Origin: Lentimonas sp.
GTDB taxonomy: Bacteria > Verrucomicrobiota > Verrucomicrobiia > Opitutales > Coraliomargaritaceae
Assembly: GCA_047617435.1 (NCBI GenBank)
Contig: JBLGBC010000001.1
Span: 5,502 to 69,501, forward strand
Direction: 5' to 3'
DNA: 64,000 nt
This document shows, piece after piece, positions 36,423-47,454 of this stretch. Made by a program: the position numbers and the translations under genes. Numbering within the stretch: position 1 is the stretch's first letter; every line of letters begins with the position of its first letter. The notes beneath the pieces were generated by a model. That model ran no database searches. It was not told where the DNA came from and was given only the letters and a program-made list of their open reading frames with translations.

Positions 36423-37601
36423 TTAGGCATTAAGTCCCAACTGATCGATTTCATTGGGGTTCAATGGGTAGATGATGCCGAGCACCGCTTCACTCTGTTC
36501 GGTGCCGATGTTAATGATTTGTTTGGTGCAGCGGAACCATTTGCGCTCGCCGTTGTTCAGTTCATATTGCAGCTGTTCGGTGATCGTTTCCCGACGGGAA
36601 GAGTTCATCATCTCTAGGACCTGTTTTTTGGCTGACGTGTTGTAATCTTGTGTTGAAAAGTCGGCCGTGTTTTTTCCTATTACATCTGTGGGTGAATCGG
36701 CGCCGATACTGTTAGCATGCCAATCATTACTCAGTAGGTAGCGCCCGTCTTTGTCCTTAACAAAGATTCCCGCCTGAACTGCATTAATGATAGTGTTGAG
36801 CAAATCCTTTTCGTAATTAATTGCGGCTTCGCCCTCATGTATGGCGGTAACATCTCTGGAAATCCCCATGGTTCCGATCGGCTCTCCGCTCTCATTCAGC
36901 AGCGCGATTCGGCTGGTGCTTACCCAGGATTGGCTCCCGTCGCTCAGGATTTGATGCTCAATACGACCGATGATATCTTCTTGGGATCGCATGACAGCCT
37001 GTTCATCCCGATAAGCCTTGCGTGCATGCACATCCGCTTGATAGTCGAAATCGGTTTTGCCGAGAACTTCTTTATCACTGCTACAACCGAAGAGTTCGAC
37101 CAAGGACTGGCTTATTCGCATAAAGCGCCCATCCGTATCCTTGAAGTAAATCGTATCAGTGGTATTTGCCAGTAACTGGTTGAGGTAGTTGCGGTCGGTA
37201 TTCTCGCTTTGCTGACAGGTGCAACGCGCGATACTGGCAGCGATTTTTTTGTGCGCATCCCCGGCTTCGAGCACCTTAGGATCAAGTGCATCTTGCATGC
37301 CGGCTTGAATGCACTCCAAGTAAAGTTCCAGATTGAAAGCATCCATCCAACCTAACAGTGGAATCTGATTGTATTGTAAGTGCAGATCGTGGACCGCTTG
37401 AATTTGTTCGGTACTGTTGATCTTAATAATGACGCATTCGACGGCTAAATTCGCTAAGCTTTTTTTGCGTGCGCTAGTCAAGTCGGGCTCAGCGAAGATT
37501 TGGTAAATACGGGTGTCGCCTGAATTAATACCGAGGTCAATGGCTTCTATCTGTGGGACAGTTAAACCAATGCTAACGATTATTTTTTTGGTATAGGACA
37601 T
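36423..37601 (-). CDS. pseudo-receiver + tandem PAS domain protein (no recognisable output domain)
   Basis: 392 aa. It has two PAS-like blocks (TDTIYFKDTDGRFMRISQS...GISRDVT and GIFVKDKDGRYLLSN...). The N-terminal ~110 aa has receiver-like topology but VIIKIN where the phospho-Asp motif (DLhhhD) is expected. Confidence 0.65.
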   Translation of the reverse strand: MSYTKKIIVSIGLTVPQIEAIDLGINSGDTRIYQIFAEPDLTSARKKSLANLAVECVIIKINSTEQIQAVHDLHLQYNQIPLLGWMDAFNLELYLECIQAGMQDALDPKVLEAGDAHKKIAASIARCTCQQSENTDRNYLNQLLANTTDTIYFKDTDGRFMRISQSLVELFGCSSDKEVLGKTDFDYQADVHARKAYRDEQAVMRSQEDIIGRIEHQILSDGSQSWVSTSRIALLNESGEPIGTMGISRDVTAIHEGEAAINYEKDLLNTIINAVQAGIFVKDKDGRYLLSNDWHANSIGADSPTDVIGKNTADFSTQDYNTSAKKQVLEMMNSSRRETITEQLQYELNNGERKWFRCTKQIINIGTEQSEAVLGIIYPLNPNEIDQLGLNA

Positions 37602-38319
37602 GTAGTAGGTTTACGCAGGCTTTTACTTTATATAGAGGCATTAGGGGGACAGTATTATTTTCAACAGGTAATCTGTGTTTAAAATACTAGTAAAAAGAGG
37701 GTTTGGCCAGTTTTTTGTAACCGCCTAATAAGAGTTTTTACTATTTACTGAAGCCAGTTGGAGCACGGGGCCTCCGTTTCTTTACCTACAGCTGCTGGGG
37801 TATCGAGTTTGTGAATTAGTCATTAACCCACTTTGTGTGCCGATCCAAGGCAGAGTGCTGCCAGCCAAGGTGTTTTTTGCCTGCGAGGAATTTAGGCTCT
37901 CTGGATTGGGGCCCATGGGACTAAAATAGCTGCTCTGCGCCGTTGAAAATTTGATGGATCTTTAGATAAAGTACAGCCTTTGGAATAAAAGTGTCCGGCA
38001 TCCACGTTTTGGCGGTTGCGAGTTCTTCGGCTTGCGCGCTGTAGTGCGGTGTGCATTTACACTGATACGCGACGAAGGATTTTGTTATAAAGAGAAAGGA
38101 TACGGGGATCCGCTGGCTAGGTTTAAGGCCGTTTTTGAAAAAGCACTGTCGACGATACAGATCCGGTCATTGGGATTCGCGGCGTAATACACCGACATAG
38201 ATGGCGTTTGGCATGCAGTCGGTTCCCCACTGTGGTCAGGACTGCCGGCCCACTGCGGGGGCAGGATATGGTGGCACCGTTGCTGGAGTAGATGCAACTG
38301 CGCTTGCGAGCGCTTGCGA

Positions 38320-38580
38320 CTAAGCGTCGATCACGAGATCCTCGTCACCCTTAGGTTGGCAACAGCAGAGCAGGGCGCCGCCTTGATCGGGTTCGCCGGT
38401 GTGGCCATTCGGGTATTCGACTTCACCCGAGATGATAGTATGCTGGCAGGCGGTGCAATTACCCATCCGGCAGCCGTAGTCCAAGTCCAAATCATTGGCT
38501 TCGGCCAGTTCAAGGATGCTTTCTTCTGCGCCCGTCCATTCCGCTTCAATGCCAGATTTCTTAAAAATTATTTTAGTCAT
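38320..38580 (-). CDS. 2Fe-2S ferredoxin (plant/adrenodoxin-type fold)
   Basis: ORF track 38320..38679. The ATG at 38580 gives [17 protein letters not shown]...[15 protein letters not shown]...ALLCCCQP, about 86 aa with the C-x4-C-x2-C...C pattern. Confidence 0.8.
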   Translation of the reverse strand: MTKIIFKKSGIEAEWTGAEESILELAEANDLDLDYGCRMGNCTACQHTIISGEVEYPNGHTGEPDQGGALLCCCQPKGDEDLVIDA

Positions 38581-38694
38581 GATTGACAGAAAATGCACTT
38601 GTTCCGGAAATGCAAACCGGTAAAGTCGCAATTTGTCAGAGGGCAGCTTCCACGAAGCCGGGGTAGGGGCGCTTTCCAAGGATCCGGGTTTGCA

Positions 38695-39714
38695 ATGTTT
38701 TTAAAAATAACTGATAGCTGCATGATGTATTCGATTCCCGAAGCCACCGCTGAGTTTATCCAACGCCTTCCTAAGACGGAGACGCATTTGCATATCGAAG
38801 GGGCGCTGCCCTTTGAGTTGTTACAGCGATTGGATGCTGAGCGTTTTAATCGAGCGCCTGCCAGCTGGGTCGAAGGGTTTAAGTGGCCGTCCTTTCAGCA
38901 ATTCGAAGCGCATTTGATTGAGCATGCGATGGAGTGGTTCACTAGTCCGGAGCGCTATTACCAGGCGGCCAAAGTTATTTTTGAGGGGCAGTTGGCTCAA
39001 AATGTACGCTATGTGGAGACCTCTTTTCATGCCGGCATGATTGAGTTTTTAGGGATTCCCGGCCCTGAGATTCTGGCGGCGATTCGGCGTGCCGTGCCGG
39101 CGGGGCTGGAGGTGCGTGTGTTTATGGGGATGTCGCGCAATTGCTACAGTGCCACGCTCGCACCGGTATTGCGGGACTGTGTGAATTGGGAGGGCTTGGC
39201 CGGAATCGATTTACATGGGGTGGAATCCTTGCCGCTCGAGGATTGGACGCCGCAGCTCTGGGCACGGGCGCGCGATGCGGGCTTAGTGACTAAGGCGCAC
39301 GCGGGTGAGTTCGGGCCGGCGGCGAATGTGCGGGAGGTCATCGAACAGTTGGGCGTGCGGCGCATCCAGCATGGTTTGCGGGCGGTGGAGGATGAGGCGG
39401 TGGTGGAACTCGCCATTGCATCCGGGGCGACCTTTGATTTGTGTCCGATCAGTAATGTGAAGTTGAATGTGGTGGATCGAATGGTGGATCACCCGATACG
39501 TGCCTTATTTGATCGTGGGCTGCGTTGCACCGTCAGCACGGATGATCCTTTTTCGTTCGGAAATACATTATTCGATGAATATGCAGCCCTGAGTTCCGAG
39601 CTGAATTTTACCCACGCTGAATTGGCCCGCTTGGCCAGGAATGGTTTTGAGGTGGCTTCGGTCGATGCGGCGACCCAGTCGGGCTGGATCGCCGAGTTGG
39701 ATGCCTTGATCTAA
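38695..39714 (+). CDS. adenosine/adenine deaminase family metallohydrolase
   Basis: [19 protein letters not shown], then TSFHAG...IDLHGVE...HAGEFGP...RIQHG...STDDP is the A_deaminase pattern. The start is ambiguous: ATG at 38695 or 38722, while the ORF track start at 38593 is unlikely. Confidence 0.8.
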   Translation: MFLKITDSCMMYSIPEATAEFIQRLPKTETHLHIEGALPFELLQRLDAERFNRAPASWVEGFKWPSFQQFEAHLIEHAMEWFTSPERYYQAAKVIFEGQLAQNVRYVETSFHAGMIEFLGIPGPEILAAIRRAVPAGLEVRVFMGMSRNCYSATLAPVLRDCVNWEGLAGIDLHGVESLPLEDWTPQLWARARDAGLVTKAHAGEFGPAANVREVIEQLGVRRIQHGLRAVEDEAVVELAIASGATFDLCPISNVKLNVVDRMVDHPIRALFDRGLRCTVSTDDPFSFGNTLFDEYAALSSELNFTHAELARLARNGFEVASVDAATQSGWIAELDALI

Positions 39715-39791
39715 GTCGCGCTTGAACTCACTTCAGGCTTTTATCGAATCCGAGCCTTGTTATTAACAGGCATTCAGCTATAAATTAGCCT

Positions 39792-41546
39792 GTGGTTCAT
39801 CTTACTCCTTCACCATTTGATTCTTTAGCCCGTTCCACGGTAAACTCCGCTTGGGGGGCGTTGACTGTGGAAGTCTTAGCGCGCTTGGGAGTGGAGACCT
39901 TTGTGGTTTCACCTGGCTCACGTTCGACGCCTTTGACGGTGGCGGCTGCCAGGAATAGTAAGGTTGTGGCCGTTCCGGTGCTGGATGAGCGCACGGCCGC
40001 TTTTTTTGCTTTAGGCTTGGCTAAGCGTACACGCAAGCCGGTTGCGTTGATCTGCACCTCGGGTTCTGCGGTGGCGAATTATTTTCCGGCGGTGGTGGAG
40101 GCTGCGATGAGCGGCACGCCTTTGCTGATTCTTTCGGCCGACCGTCCGCCCGAGTTGCGGGCCTGTGGTTCGGGCCAGACGATCGATCAGCTGAAATTCT
40201 TCGGCGACTACGCCCGAGCGTTTTATGAGATGGCATTGCCCGAACTCGCGACCGAGCATTTAGCCTATTTGCGGCAAACTTTGGTGCATGCCTTGGGGCA
40301 GGCGCTGTACGGGAATCCCGGACCAGTGCATTTGAATTTTCCATTTCGGGATCCTTTAGCACCCCGTTCCGATGGTGATGCAGTGATTGCCGAGGCCGTG
40401 CTGGAGGCGGCTGCGACGGTGATGACTCGGCCTAGCGAATACGTCGCCTGCGGCGCGCATTTGGATGCCGTGGCGGTGGAGCGCCTGGCGAGTCATCAGT
40501 ACGGACTGATTGTGGTCGGCGATATTAATCCAAGAGAAGGGGATGAAGCGTTTGCAGATGCGGTGGCACTGCTCGCTCAAAAGTTGGGCTGGCCGGTCTT
40601 GAGTGATGTGTTGAATCCATTGCGTGGGCACGCCGGTGCGACTCTTAACTTGATAACCCACTACGATGCGCTGCTGCGAGTCGACGCAGCGGGTGAGCTG
40701 CGTTCGAAGACGACCGCGATTTTACAAATCGGTGCGCTGCCCACCAGTAAGCTCCTACGCGCTTGGTTGACCGATTTGGATGCGGTTTCATTTTTGCTGG
40801 CCGAAGGGCCGAGTAACCGCGATCCGCTGCACCGGGTGGCAACTGTACTACGCGGAGACCTCCAGGCACTCGCTGTCAATTTGCCGCATTCGCGAGCCGA
40901 TGGCGGCTGGGTTGAGGGGTGGGTTGCCGCCGCGGCGAGCGCGACCGCTCGCATTGATGCGCGTATGCAGGCGCTGGATCTACTGTTTGAAGGCAAGGTG
41001 GCTTGGTTGCTGTCGCGTCACATTCCCGTGTGTTCTTCAGTCTTTTTAGCCAGTAGTATGAGTGTGCGCTATGCGGAGTATTTTTGGTCGGCGGGCAACC
41101 GCGGCAGTTCCATTTTTTCCAATCGCGGCGCCAATGGGATCGATGGCACGCTGGGCACTGCGCTGGGAGTCGCTCAGGGGGGGCGTCCGGCTTTTTTGCT
41201 GACGGGCGATCTGGCATTTTTGCACGATAGTAATGCGCTGCTGCTGCATCAAGAATTGAAGGGCAGCCTCACCGTTGTGTTGATTAACAACCATGGCGGC
41301 GGGATTTTTGAGCATTTGCCGGTGGCTGAGTTGGAAGGTACTTTCGAGCCGTATTTTGCCACACCGCAGGCGGTGGATCTCGCCATGCTGTGTCGGGCGC
41401 ACGGCGTTGCACACTCTCGAGTCTGTGACTGGGCTGAATTGATTCATGCGATTGAGTCGTCGGCTGCGCCGGGCATTCGGGTGTTTGAAGTGCCGACCGA
41501 TCGCAAGGCGGATCGGGTGCAGTTGGCTGAAATTCTGGCGCTTTGA
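39792..41546 (+). CDS. menD: 2-succinyl-5-enolpyruvyl-6-hydroxy-3-cyclohexene-1-carboxylate synthase
   Basis: 584 aa, GTG start. NSAWGALTVEVLARLGVETFVVSPGSRSTPL, ICTSGSAVANYFPAVVEA, SADRPPELR, NRGANGIDG...GDLAFLHDSN, directly upstream of menB. Confidence 0.88.
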   Translation: MVHLTPSPFDSLARSTVNSAWGALTVEVLARLGVETFVVSPGSRSTPLTVAAARNSKVVAVPVLDERTAAFFALGLAKRTRKPVALICTSGSAVANYFPAVVEAAMSGTPLLILSADRPPELRACGSGQTIDQLKFFGDYARAFYEMALPELATEHLAYLRQTLVHALGQALYGNPGPVHLNFPFRDPLAPRSDGDAVIAEAVLEAAATVMTRPSEYVACGAHLDAVAVERLASHQYGLIVVGDINPREGDEAFADAVALLAQKLGWPVLSDVLNPLRGHAGATLNLITHYDALLRVDAAGELRSKTTAILQIGALPTSKLLRAWLTDLDAVSFLLAEGPSNRDPLHRVATVLRGDLQALAVNLPHSRADGGWVEGWVAAAASATARIDARMQALDLLFEGKVAWLLSRHIPVCSSVFLASSMSVRYAEYFWSAGNRGSSIFSNRGANGIDGTLGTALGVAQGGRPAFLLTGDLAFLHDSNALLLHQELKGSLTVVLINNHGGGIFEHLPVAELEGTFEPYFATPQAVDLAMLCRAHGVAHSRVCDWAELIHAIESSAAPGIRVFEVPTDRKADRVQLAEILAL

Positions 41547-41617
41547 TTGGCTGATGTTGCCGACAAAAGCTGATTCAGAGCGTTGCATTTATTTCGGAAT
41601 AAGTGCTTCTTCGTTTT

Positions 41618-42451
<834 letters not shown>

Positions 42452-42564
42452 TCGAACTCGCCTCTCGGGTTCACGGAATCTAGAGTTGCTCGCCGCTAGG
42501 GCTGCGTTATTCTTCCCATGTGGACTTGCGCCAACAGATTTAATCCCCCAAGTTCTACCCTGCC

Positions 42565-44103
42565 ATGAGCAAAAAATTTTACATTACCACCGCAATCGAC
42601 TACGCTAACGGCTCACCGCACCTCGGTCACGCCTATGAAAAAGTGCTGACTGATATTATAGCACGCTTTCGTCGTTTGAAGGGCGATGAAGTGCAATTTG
42701 TGACGGGTCTGGACGAGCATGGACAGAAGGTGCAGATGGCTGCTGAAAAGCAGGGCGTGCCTCCGATTGAGATCTGCGATCGTCTCGCTGCGGAGTTTCA
42801 GGGGCTGTGCAAACGACTGAATATTTCGAACGACGACTATATCCGGACCACCGAAACGCGTCACAAGGATGTGGTGCAGACCATCCTACAACAACTGTAC
42901 GACCAGGGCGAAATCTATAAGGCGGATTACAACGGTTTTTACAGCGTGCGCCAAGAGCAGTTTGTGATGGAGAAAGAGAAGATCGATGGCCAGTGGCCCG
43001 AGATTTATGGTGACGTGGTTGAAGTGACTGAGAGTAACTACTTCTTCAAGCTGGCGCAGCATCAGGAGTGGCTGATTGATACGATTGAGAGTAATGAAAG
43101 CATCATTTACCCTCGTTTTCGGAGTGCTGATGTACTGCAATTTCTGAAAAAAGAGCCGCTGAATGACCTCTGTATTTCACGTCCGAAATCACGCTTGGAA
43201 TGGGGGATTGAGCTGCCCTTTGATGCCGATTTCGTCACTTATGTGTGGTTTGATGCGCTCACGAATTATATCACCGCAGCTGGTTACGGAACCGAAGCGT
43301 TTGAGCAGCACTGGCCTGCAGATTATCATGTTATCGGTAAGGATATTCTAGTGCCGCCGCACGCCATCTATTGGCCAATTATGTTGAAAGCACTGGGTAT
43401 TGAGTTGCCGAAGAGTTTTCTGGTACATGGCTGGTGGCTGAGTTCGGGTGCGAAAATGTCCAAAAGTACCGGTGAAGTGGTTAATCCATTGGATTTGATT
43501 GATCAGTTCGGCACCGACGCGTTTCGCTACTTCGTGACTCGCGAAATGAATGTGGGGCAGGACAGTGAGTTTTCGATTGAATTGTTTATGAGTCGTTATA
43601 ACAGCGATTTAGCGAATGATTTAGGGAATTTGGTGAGCCGGCTACTCAACATGGGCGGTCGTTACAGCGCGGGTCAGGTGCCTGCTGCCACGATCGAAGA
43701 AGCGCCCGAAAAAGTGCTGCGCCAGCATTGGGAAGAAACCGCAGAGCAACTTTTACCGCTTTTTGAAGGATTCCAGTTTCATAAAGCATTGGATCGCATT
43801 TTTAGTTTCATTTCAGGCATCAATAAATACGCGGAAACCCGTGCCCCCTGGCAGTTGGCGAAGTCCGATTTGGCCGAAGACCGTGCGAGATTAGACACGT
43901 CATTGGCCTATATGGCGGAGGCTTTACGATTGGCTGTGGCTTTGTTAACACCGGTCATGCCGGAGATTTCGGAGCGTATACGCGCTCTCGTCGGTGCCGC
44001 ACCGTTTGAGCTGATTGAGGGGCAATTGGTATGGGGGACGACTCTGGAAGGTAAAGCCCTAGGAGAGAAAGCAATTCTATTTCCTCGACCCGAGCGCAAG
44101 TGA
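42565..44103 (+). CDS. metG: methionine--tRNA ligase (short form without the C-terminal tRNA-binding domain)
   Basis: 512 aa. TTAIDYANGSPHLGHAYE is the HIGH-type motif and KMSKS is present (GAKMSKSTGEV). Confidence 0.92.
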   Translation: MSKKFYITTAIDYANGSPHLGHAYEKVLTDIIARFRRLKGDEVQFVTGLDEHGQKVQMAAEKQGVPPIEICDRLAAEFQGLCKRLNISNDDYIRTTETRHKDVVQTILQQLYDQGEIYKADYNGFYSVRQEQFVMEKEKIDGQWPEIYGDVVEVTESNYFFKLAQHQEWLIDTIESNESIIYPRFRSADVLQFLKKEPLNDLCISRPKSRLEWGIELPFDADFVTYVWFDALTNYITAAGYGTEAFEQHWPADYHVIGKDILVPPHAIYWPIMLKALGIELPKSFLVHGWWLSSGAKMSKSTGEVVNPLDLIDQFGTDAFRYFVTREMNVGQDSEFSIELFMSRYNSDLANDLGNLVSRLLNMGGRYSAGQVPAATIEEAPEKVLRQHWEETAEQLLPLFEGFQFHKALDRIFSFISGINKYAETRAPWQLAKSDLAEDRARLDTSLAYMAEALRLAVALLTPVMPEISERIRALVGAAPFELIEGQLVWGTTLEGKALGEKAILFPRPERK

Positions 44104-44218
44104 AGTTCACTGAATTGAGTACCCACGGCTTTTTCATTATTTTGCCACGCATGAGTGCGCGCAGATGACTTGACCTTACTGTACCTATGCCACACAATGA
44201 AGCACTGACCCCTTATCA

Positions 44219-44743
44219 ATGAAAGCACACAGAGCCCTCATTCTACGCAGTAATCGATTTTTAGGTTCAACCTTGATTGATCAGGGGCTTATTGCAGTTG
44301 GTGATCTGGAGGCGGCTAATGAAATATTCATGACGACGATGCAGTCTGATTCGGCCCCGCGCGCTTCGATCCTTACGGCGCTCTTGCATGAGCTTAAGGT
44401 GTTGGACGAGAAGGTTTTAATTCAAAATATTGTTGATAACTGCGACCTGGGTCTGATCGATTTAGACTTCATCAAGCCCAGTTCTCTACGACCAATGAAT
44501 CTGGATCTGGATTTGTGCTGGGCGACATCGACGGTCCCTTTTGATCAGACGGAAGGCATTTACATGGTAGCGACCTGTTATTATTTGAGTGCCCCGGTGA
44601 TTAAATATTGGGAAGAGATTTTAGGCGGCCGAGTGATTTGGTATGCCACGACTACGGCTTCGATTTCTCGTTCTTTAGAGCGCATACAAGAAATCCATGA
44701 GGCAGAGGACCTCGCTGCGGTTGAAGCCGAAGCGGAGGCTTAA
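44219..44743 (+). CDS. stand-alone T2SSE_N/MshEN-like domain protein
   Basis: 174 aa. FLGSTLIDQGLIAVGDLEAANEIF...CDLGLIDLDFIKPSSL...VPFDQTEGIYMVATCYY parallels the N-terminal domain of GspE/PilB ATPases, including the one at 47455. It has an acidic Ala/Glu tail. Confidence 0.55.
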   Translation: MKAHRALILRSNRFLGSTLIDQGLIAVGDLEAANEIFMTTMQSDSAPRASILTALLHELKVLDEKVLIQNIVDNCDLGLIDLDFIKPSSLRPMNLDLDLCWATSTVPFDQTEGIYMVATCYYLSAPVIKYWEEILGGRVIWYATTTASISRSLERIQEIHEAEDLAAVEAEAEA

Positions 44744-44778
44744 GCCCGAGTAACCGATTTTTTTGGGAATTTAGATAA

Positions 44779-46092
44779 ATGGGACATAGCATATTAATAT
44801 TGGATGACGACGACGACTTCAACTGTCTGCTGTCTGATATCTTTGAGCAGGGGGACTATTCTGTAACTTCGGTGCTGGATCCACTCAAAGCCATTGAGAT
44901 CTTTAACAATTCGAATTTTGAATTGGTCGTCACCGATCATAAAATGCCGGGCATGAGTGGTGCGGAGTTCATGAAGCTAGTGAAACAGACGCGCTTGGGA
45001 GTGCCGGTCATTATTGTCTCCGGCTATCTGGATAATGATACTATTCGTGAATTGATAGGCGCTGGAGTCGGTGGGGTCTTTTTAAAGCCTTTGAATATTT
45101 TCTCCTTGCTACAGCGAACTTCTGAATTGATTGCTGAAACGGAAAAAAAACGCGAGCGCTCAGAGGTGCACGAAAGCGCGGGGAATGAGGCTCAATATGA
45201 CAAAATTGGGTTCAACTTTCTTTCGTTTCCGTGTCGCTCAGATGCATCGTTAAAGTTTGCGCAACGTATTCACAGCTTAAAGGAATTTAACTCAAGTTTA
45301 ACGCTCGTCGGTGAGTCCGGCACTTGCTATCATTCTATCTGCGAGGACATTCGCGGCTTTTATAATGATCCAACAGAGCATTTTATTTATTGGAGTCCTA
45401 GTTCTTTTGATCAGGATAAGGTGTTTTCCATGATTGCAGCGGCACAGAGCCAGGGCGCGTCGCGTGTGACTTGTGTATTGCTAAAGTTGGAAGGCATGAG
45501 CGAGGATCAGAAGTTGCTGGCGCGCGAACTCGCAAAATCTAGCAGTGTCTTTGCCGACTTCGACATGAAGCTGCGAACCATTTTTTGTGTGAATGGTGAC
45601 TTAGATTTGTTGATGGATGAGGGGGTGATCGATGAAAATCTATATATGCTGATGGGGACGTCGGAGGTGATGGTTCCAGCCTTACGCAATTGTTTGAATG
45701 ATATCCCTGTTCTGGCGCAGCAGTTAGTGGTGCAATTTGCCGCGGCACAGGGCTTGGCGACAGTGCCCCGCTTTAATCGGGCTGCCCGTGACCTATTGCA
45801 GCAGCAGCCCTTAATCGGAAATCATGAAGAACTCAGTTTAATTGTTCGCGCAATTGTCGAGCATTCGCACGGTGATGTGCTGACGGCAATATTGGTGCAA
45901 GATGTATTGAAACAGATGGTAGCCTCTAGCCCCCGCCGCTTGCTGCAGGAGCATCTAGCGGCAAGCCAAGTTGACTATGCTTTCGCAGTCAATCAACTCT
46001 ATCAGGGGGATCATGGGAAAGTCGCTGAGTTTTTCGGAGCCGAATGTGGCGTGATCGATAGTTTTTTTAAACGAGAAGTAGATACAGATTAG
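44779..46092 (+). CDS. response regulator with a degenerate NtrC-type (bEBP) AAA+ domain and a weak Fis-like C-terminus
   Basis: 437 aa. The receiver is intact (ILILDDDDD...LVVTDHKMPGMSG...VSGY...FLKPL). The central domain has LTLVGESGTCYHS in place of Walker A GESGTGKE, has no GAFTGA, and keeps lid-like VPALRNCLNDIPVLAQQLV. Confidence 0.7.
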   Translation: MGHSILILDDDDDFNCLLSDIFEQGDYSVTSVLDPLKAIEIFNNSNFELVVTDHKMPGMSGAEFMKLVKQTRLGVPVIIVSGYLDNDTIRELIGAGVGGVFLKPLNIFSLLQRTSELIAETEKKRERSEVHESAGNEAQYDKIGFNFLSFPCRSDASLKFAQRIHSLKEFNSSLTLVGESGTCYHSICEDIRGFYNDPTEHFIYWSPSSFDQDKVFSMIAAAQSQGASRVTCVLLKLEGMSEDQKLLARELAKSSSVFADFDMKLRTIFCVNGDLDLLMDEGVIDENLYMLMGTSEVMVPALRNCLNDIPVLAQQLVVQFAAAQGLATVPRFNRAARDLLQQQPLIGNHEELSLIVRAIVEHSHGDVLTAILVQDVLKQMVASSPRRLLQEHLAASQVDYAFAVNQLYQGDHGKVAEFFGAECGVIDSFFKREVDTD

Positions 46093-46108
46093 TAACGCTT
46101 AATTATAT

Positions 46109-47413
46109 ATGGCTGGCAGAATATTAGTTTTAGACGACGAAGAGAATTACGCTCAAATGCTGCAGGAACTGCTGCGCGAGCATAATTACCGTGTCGATAT
46201 GGCCACTCGTCCTGAGCGCGCCATCGATCAACTGGAAGAGATCCCTTATGATCTAGTCATCTCCGACTACAAAATGCCAGTGATGGATGGTTCGGATTTT
46301 TTAAAGAGAGCACGTGAGCTGTATCCGCATTTACCCTTTATTCTTGTCTCTGGGCTGATGAATACACCGGAGTTGGTTAAGGTGGCTAATATGAGTGTTA
46401 CACTCGTGATGGAAAAACCGTTGAATACGAGTGTCTTTCTCAAGCAAGTCGCTCGTTTTTCCGATCCCATGACAGATGAGGAAAAGGCGAGTGTTTCGCA
46501 GGATCAATCTGCCGGATCGCATGCCTCTGTCGCCTCGGACAGTTATCCTAGCGAACCGCGCTATTTCAGTGCGAAATCTGATTTGTCGAAGTGTTTTCTG
46601 AGAAAGGCGTGGACGGCTGCTTGTCGTGAAAAAGGGCACTTATTCCTACTGGATGGATCTGCGGGTGAAGGAGAACTAGTGCTTAAGGATCTTTCTTTGT
46701 GGCGGGGGAAGGGTGATCAGCCGATTGAAACCCTCGAATTTTCCGAGCTGATGAATGGTGGCGATGCCAAACTGAAATCGATTGCTGAAGATTCGGATAA
46801 AAGTAATGTCGTTTGCGTGCAAATACCCAGTACGATGGATTTGATTTCAGTGGTTGAGTTTGTCGGGTCGAAACTGGTTGTGGTCGATTCGCTCTTTCTT
46901 GTTTTTATTGTCGGTAAAGAGTGGGCTTCGGACTTTGATGTTAATACATTGGGCAAGGGCTTGCGTATCCCCTCGATTGCCCAGCGCCCGAGTGATATCG
47001 CTGAATATATTTCTCGGTTTATGCATTTTGGGCGTAAACGAAACGAACAGCCACGTTTCGTCGAGTTTTCTACTGAAGCGATTTACGCATTGCTGGCCTA
47101 TGAGTGGAGTAGCTACCTTGAAATTCAAGATGTAATTTTGCGAGTCGCCGGCGAAGGTGATGCGAGTCTCATCACTTTGGAGCGTTTGAACCCCTACTTA
47201 AATAGTACCACAACTTCGACGCCCGAACCCTCGAAACGCTTGTTTAATTTGTTGAAGCAAACTCAGACCCGTTATTTGGATAGTTTGATTGGTCCTTTGG
47301 AGCGCTCTCCAGTTGAGCTAAGCAAGCGTTTGGATCTGGATCAATCTATGGTGCTCGAGAGTGCTGACCTAAATGAACTTCCTTTGATTGATCCGGGATT
47401 AGCACAATTCTAA
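46109..47413 (+). CDS. response regulator with a degenerate NtrC-type (bEBP) AAA+ domain (paralog of 44779..46092)
   Basis: 434 aa. The receiver is intact (ILVLDDEEN...LVISDYKMPVMDG...VSGL...MEKPL). The central domain has LFLLDGSAGEGEL instead of Walker A, with bEBP lid remnants LRIPSIAQRPSDIAEYISRF and FSTEAIYALLAYEWSSYLEIQDV. Confidence 0.7.
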   Translation: MAGRILVLDDEENYAQMLQELLREHNYRVDMATRPERAIDQLEEIPYDLVISDYKMPVMDGSDFLKRARELYPHLPFILVSGLMNTPELVKVANMSVTLVMEKPLNTSVFLKQVARFSDPMTDEEKASVSQDQSAGSHASVASDSYPSEPRYFSAKSDLSKCFLRKAWTAACREKGHLFLLDGSAGEGELVLKDLSLWRGKGDQPIETLEFSELMNGGDAKLKSIAEDSDKSNVVCVQIPSTMDLISVVEFVGSKLVVVDSLFLVFIVGKEWASDFDVNTLGKGLRIPSIAQRPSDIAEYISRFMHFGRKRNEQPRFVEFSTEAIYALLAYEWSSYLEIQDVILRVAGEGDASLITLERLNPYLNSTTTSTPEPSKRLFNLLKQTQTRYLDSLIGPLERSPVELSKRLDLDQSMVLESADLNELPLIDPGLAQF

Positions 47414-47454
47414 ATTATTAAAGTCGGCTTTCAGCTGTCTCTCCTCTTACTCCT

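Noticed and set aside
38085-38297. A 70-aa minus-strand ORF in the 37.6-38.3 kb gap, considered as a possible small gene.
   Set aside because: No RBS-like sequence, no motif, His/Pro/Cys-rich composition, and no support from the neighbours. I left the interval as an unexplained region (see findings).
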